Shown here in pieces: positions 61,114 to 64,000 of a stretch of DNA of 64,000 bases. The stretch covers positions 4,538-68,537 of the forward strand of contig JAAXUF010000008.1 in NCBI GenBank assembly GCA_013336165.1. Reading direction: 5' to 3'. A program made the translations under genes and the position numbers. The DNA is from Coriobacteriia bacterium. GTDB lineage: Bacteria > Actinomycetota > Coriobacteriia > Anaerosomatales > JAAXUF01. The notes under the pieces are model-generated. The model did not search any database. It saw only the letters and a program-made list of their open reading frames with translations, and was not told the DNA's origin. Each line of letters opens with the position of its first letter. The first letter of the stretch is position 1.

Positions 61114-62232
61114 GTGAGCGACGAGAGGCTGCTTTCCACGTTCTTGGACCTTGCGCGGATCGACAGCCCCTCGCGCTCTGAGGCGCGCGTTGCCGCCTAC
61201 TGCGCGACCGCGCTCGTCGCGGCCGGCTGCACCGTGCATTTCGACGACAGCGCGCAAGCGACCGGGTCCGATACCGGCAATCTGATCGCGGAGTTGACCG
61301 GCGACGCGCCGGGGGTTCTCGCGCTTTCGGCGCACATGGACTGCGTCGAGCCATGTCTCGGTGTCGAGCCGGTCATCGTCGATGGCGTGATCAGCTCGGC
61401 AGGCGAGACAATCCTTGGGGCCGACGACAAGGCCGGACTTGCGGTGGCCATCGAGGTCATCCGGCGTCTCGCCGAGAGCGGCCGCCCGCATCCGACGGTC
61501 AAGGCGCTGTTCACTGTCCAGGAGGAAGTCGGTCTCACCGGCGCCAAAACGCTTCGTGCCGAGGATGCCGCCAGTGATCTGTGCCTCGTGCTCGATGCGG
61601 CCGGTCCCGCGGGAAGCATCATCGTGGCGGCGCCGACCCATTACACCTTCACCGCCGAGTTTCTCGGGCGCGCCTGCCACGCAGGCGTGGCTCCGGAGTT
61701 GGGCGTGAGCGCGATCCGCATGGCGGCCGACGCGATTACTCGCATGCAACTCGGGCGTCTGGACGGGGAGACGACCGCCAACATCGGTTCGGTCCACGGA
61801 GGTACGGCCACAAACGTCGTGGCAGAGCGATGCATCGTGACTGGAGAGTGCCGTTCGCTCGATCCCGGCCGCGTCGAAGATGTCCGGGCTGCGACGGATG
61901 CCGCCTTGTATGCGGCCGCGAATGAGGCCGGAGGCGGCGTCGAGATCCGGTGGATCCGCGAGTACGGCGGATTTCGTGTCGCCGATGACAACGAGAAGCT
62001 TTCGCTGGTCTTGGCCGCATGTCGCGCTGCGGGCCTCACACCGCGGGTCGAAAGCACGGGCGGCGGGTCCGACGCCAATGTGCTCGCTACGATGGGAATC
62101 GAGGTTCTTGCCCTGGGGTGCGGGATGACCGATGTGCACAGCACACGGGAGACACTCGCGATAGCCGATATGGCCGGGCTCGCGAGATTGCTGGAATCAC
62201 TCGCGACCAGCCTTTCCGAGAAAGCGCATTAG
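61114..62232 (+). CDS. M20-family metallopeptidase (peptidase T-like)
   Basis: ORF 60994..62232 trimmed to GTG 61114. Shows 'LSAHMDCV', 'LGADDKAGLA', 'FTVQEEVGLTGAK', and the C-terminal 'GGGSDAN'. Confidence 0.85.
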   Translation: MSDERLLSTFLDLARIDSPSRSEARVAAYCATALVAAGCTVHFDDSAQATGSDTGNLIAELTGDAPGVLALSAHMDCVEPCLGVEPVIVDGVISSAGETILGADDKAGLAVAIEVIRRLAESGRPHPTVKALFTVQEEVGLTGAKTLRAEDAASDLCLVLDAAGPAGSIIVAAPTHYTFTAEFLGRACHAGVAPELGVSAIRMAADAITRMQLGRLDGETTANIGSVHGGTATNVVAERCIVTGECRSLDPGRVEDVRAATDAALYAAANEAGGGVEIRWIREYGGFRVADDNEKLSLVLAACRAAGLTPRVESTGGGSDANVLATMGIEVLALGCGMTDVHSTRETLAIADMAGLARLLESLATSLSEKAH

Positions 62233-62342
62233 CACTTTTCACCTAATACTATAAGGCGTAAACTGCGTTGAGCCAGCTTATCGATGGCTGGGTATACACC
62301 ATTCAATGCAGACGTCCACAAGGTGAGGAAGGAAGTGCGCAC

Positions 62343-63458
62343 GTGATCGTCGGAGCACCCAAGGAGATCAAGAACAACGAGTTTCGCGTCGGTCTCACGC
62401 CGGCTGGTGTTGTTGAGTTTGTGACGCATGGCCACAGTGTTCTGGTCGAGAAGGGTGCAGGCGAGGGCTCGTCGTTCTCTGACGCCGAGTACGCTGCCGC
62501 CGGAGCCACGCTCCTGGACACGGCCGCCGAAGTATTCGCTGCCGCCGACATGATCGTGAAGGTCAAGGAGCCGCAGGCGAGCGAGATTGCGATGCTGCGG
62601 CCGGGCCAGATCCTCTACACCTACCTCCATCTCGCCCCCGACTATGAGCAGACCATGGGCCTCATCGCTTCCGGTGCAGTATGCATCGCGTACGAGACCG
62701 TCGAGCTCCCCAATCGCACGCTCCCGCTGCTTGCTCCGATGTCCGAGGTCGCCGGTCGTATGGCCGCGCAGGTCGGCGCGAACTACCTGCAGAAGACGTT
62801 CGGCGGTCGCGGCGTACTCATGGGCGGAACGCCCGGCGTGCTTCCGGCCAAGGTCGTCGTTCTCGGCGCCGGAGTGGTCGGCACGAACGCCGCCTACGTC
62901 GCGATGGGCATGGGCGCCGATGTGACCGTCATCGACATCAACCTCGACCGCTTGCGCTATCTGGACGAGATCTGGGGCAACCGCGTCCGCACTCTCTACA
63001 GCAACCGCAAGAACATCGCCGAGCAGGTCTACGCCGCCGATCTCGTTATCGGTTCCGTCCTGCTGCCGGGTGCCAAGACTCCGTGGCTTGTGACCAACGA
63101 CATGCTTTCGAACATGAAGAAGGGCTCCGTCATCGTCGATGTCTCCGTTGATCAGGGCGGCTGCATCGAGTCCACGCACGCAACAACGCACGCCAATCCG
63201 ACGTACTTCGTCGACGGTGTCTTGCACTACGGCGTCGCCAACATGCCCGGTGCTGTACCCAACACCTCGACGCTCGCTCTCACCAATGCCACGCTGCGCT
63301 ATGGCATGGCCATCGCCGACAAGGGCTGGAAGAAAGCTGTCAGCGACGATGCTGCACTTGCCAAGGGGGTCAACGTGCTCGAGGGCAAAGTAACCTATAA
63401 GCCCGTCGCCGACGCGCATGGTCTTGAGTATGTCTCGCTTGAATCGCTGATCGCGTAG
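62343..63458 (+). CDS. ald: Alanine dehydrogenase
   Basis: ORF 62268..63458 trimmed to GTG 62343, preceded by the RBS 'aggtgaggaaggaag'. Shows 'GAPKEIKNNEFRVGLTPAGV', 'KVKEP', 'VLGAGVVGTNAA', and 'HYGVANMPGAVP'. Confidence 0.95.
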   Translation: MIVGAPKEIKNNEFRVGLTPAGVVEFVTHGHSVLVEKGAGEGSSFSDAEYAAAGATLLDTAAEVFAAADMIVKVKEPQASEIAMLRPGQILYTYLHLAPDYEQTMGLIASGAVCIAYETVELPNRTLPLLAPMSEVAGRMAAQVGANYLQKTFGGRGVLMGGTPGVLPAKVVVLGAGVVGTNAAYVAMGMGADVTVIDINLDRLRYLDEIWGNRVRTLYSNRKNIAEQVYAADLVIGSVLLPGAKTPWLVTNDMLSNMKKGSVIVDVSVDQGGCIESTHATTHANPTYFVDGVLHYGVANMPGAVPNTSTLALTNATLRYGMAIADKGWKKAVSDDAALAKGVNVLEGKVTYKPVADAHGLEYVSLESLIA

Positions 63459-63483
63459 GCTGCTCACTCACAAAGGAATCATC

Positions 63484-63516
63484 GCGAAAGGCCACTTCAA
63501 ATGAGTGGCCTTTCGC
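63484..63516 (+). terminator. Rho-independent-type terminator hairpin after ald
   Basis: The perfect 13-bp stem 'gcgaaaggccact' (63484-63496) / 'agtggcctttcgc' (63504-63516) encloses the 7-nt loop 'tcaaatg'. It is followed by 'tgttgctttcg'. Confidence 0.7.
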
Positions 63517-63586
63517 TGTTGCTTTCGATGCTACGCGGGAATACGGTATTGGTTGACACTTCTTGGAGGGTTTGGGGGGATTATCT

Positions 63587-64000
63587 GTGATCGCACCGCT
63601 CAGTTCGGCATTGTCGTTTTTCGGGTGGTTGATCGGAATCTTCGTCGGGTTGTTGATCCTGGGTTGGCTTGTAGGCTTCCGGGTCATACGCAACGACAAG
63701 GTCGGCGTGGTCGAGAAGTGGTGGAGCGCCAAGGGCTCGCTCAAGGACGCCATCATCGCGCTGAACGGCCAGGCCGGCTACCAGCCCGACGTGCTTCGTG
63801 GCGGTATCCACTTCCGTACTCCGCTTATGTACCGGGTACATGTCATGCCGCTTGTGACCATCTCGCAAGGCAAGATCGCTTACGTCTTCGCGCGTGACGG
63901 CGTGCCGCTGACGCCCGGTCAGACGCTTGGCAAGGTCGTCCCCGGCAACTCCTTCGAAAACGTCAAGGCGTTCATGCAAGGCGGCGGTCAGCGAGGTCCT
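63587..64000 (+). CDS. SPFH/flotillin-like protein (YqiK-like), N-terminal fragment running off the window
   Basis: This frame is not in the ORF track because it is open to the window end. GTG 63587 follows the RBS-like 'gggggga'. My translation reads 'VIAPLSSALSFFGWLIGIFVGLLILGWLVGFRVIRNDKVGVVEKWWS...LNGQAGYQPDVLRGGIHFRTP...QGKIAYVFARDG...FMQGGGQRGP', which fits a TM anchor plus the start of an SPFH domain. Confidence 0.78.
   Translation, partial: MIAPLSSALSFFGWLIGIFVGLLILGWLVGFRVIRNDKVGVVEKWWSAKGSLKDAIIALNGQAGYQPDVLRGGIHFRTPLMYRVHVMPLVTISQGKIAYVFARDGVPLTPGQTLGKVVPGNSFENVKAFMQGGGQRGP

Noticed and set aside
60347-63467. A series of 335-412-aa minus-strand ORFs (60347..61354, 60910..62139, 62229..63467) opposite pyrG, the M20 peptidase and ald
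   Set aside because: All three are antisense to strongly conserved + strand genes. They overlap each other in different frames and translate to low-complexity Arg/Gly/Asp/His-rich sequence, so they are shadow ORFs. The same reasoning applies to 14481..15455, 18767..19735, 45692..46660, 49216..49854, and the many 60-200-aa alternative-frame ORFs in the track.
1-64000. Prophage, IS element, integron or defence-island content
   Set aside because: I recognised no integrase, transposase, recombinase, terminal inverted repeats, restriction-modification, toxin-antitoxin or Cas-like genes. Apart from the pilus blocks, the window is syntenic core genome.

Overview
All calls below were made by eye from the sequence and the ORF track; no searches were run.

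This is a high-GC bacterial chromosomal segment. Hand-counted 60-nt lines give about 62-73% G+C in housekeeping genes. Nearly all genes are on the + strand, and the gene order resembles monoderm (Firmicutes / Actinomycetota-like) genomes.

Gene order:
- yajC(partial)-HD protein-secD-secF
- a 1210-aa RecJ-HIRAN-RecQ-like fusion
- rel, an MBL hydrolase, hisS-aspS, a lipoprotein, rarA, DUF948
- an anti-sigma/SigB-like sigma pair, an AI-2E permease, alaS-ruvX-mltG, an ABC exporter, yqeG-aroE
- a roughly 19 kb type IV pilus (T4aP-like) locus, split by aroC-aroK-aroB-aroQ
- pepP-efp-(carboxyltransferase::BCCP)-accC-asp23-nusB-xseB-dxs-tlyA-nadK-recN
- a minus-strand murJ-GT2 pair, then pyrG, an M20 peptidase, ald, and the 5' end of a flotillin-like gene

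I recognised no rRNA, tRNA, CRISPR array, transposase or integrase.

Main candidate for a novel system: a tightly packed four-gene cassette sits exactly between two full-length PilB-type pilus ATPases. It encodes a Roadblock/LC7 protein, a PATAN/DUF4388 protein, a CvnD/MglA-like small GTPase and a small membrane protein. This looks like a conservon/MglAB-like G-protein switch attached to a type IV pilus motor, in a locus with no recognisable PilT or secretin.

Secondary observations:
- the RecJ-HIRAN-RecQ fusion
- a mosaic tandem duplication of the major pilin gene
- a 570-aa pilin-headed protein with repeated beta-sandwich modules, a candidate tip adhesin
- a carboxyltransferase fused to a full AccB-like BCCP in the accB slot
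- two structured intergenic regions
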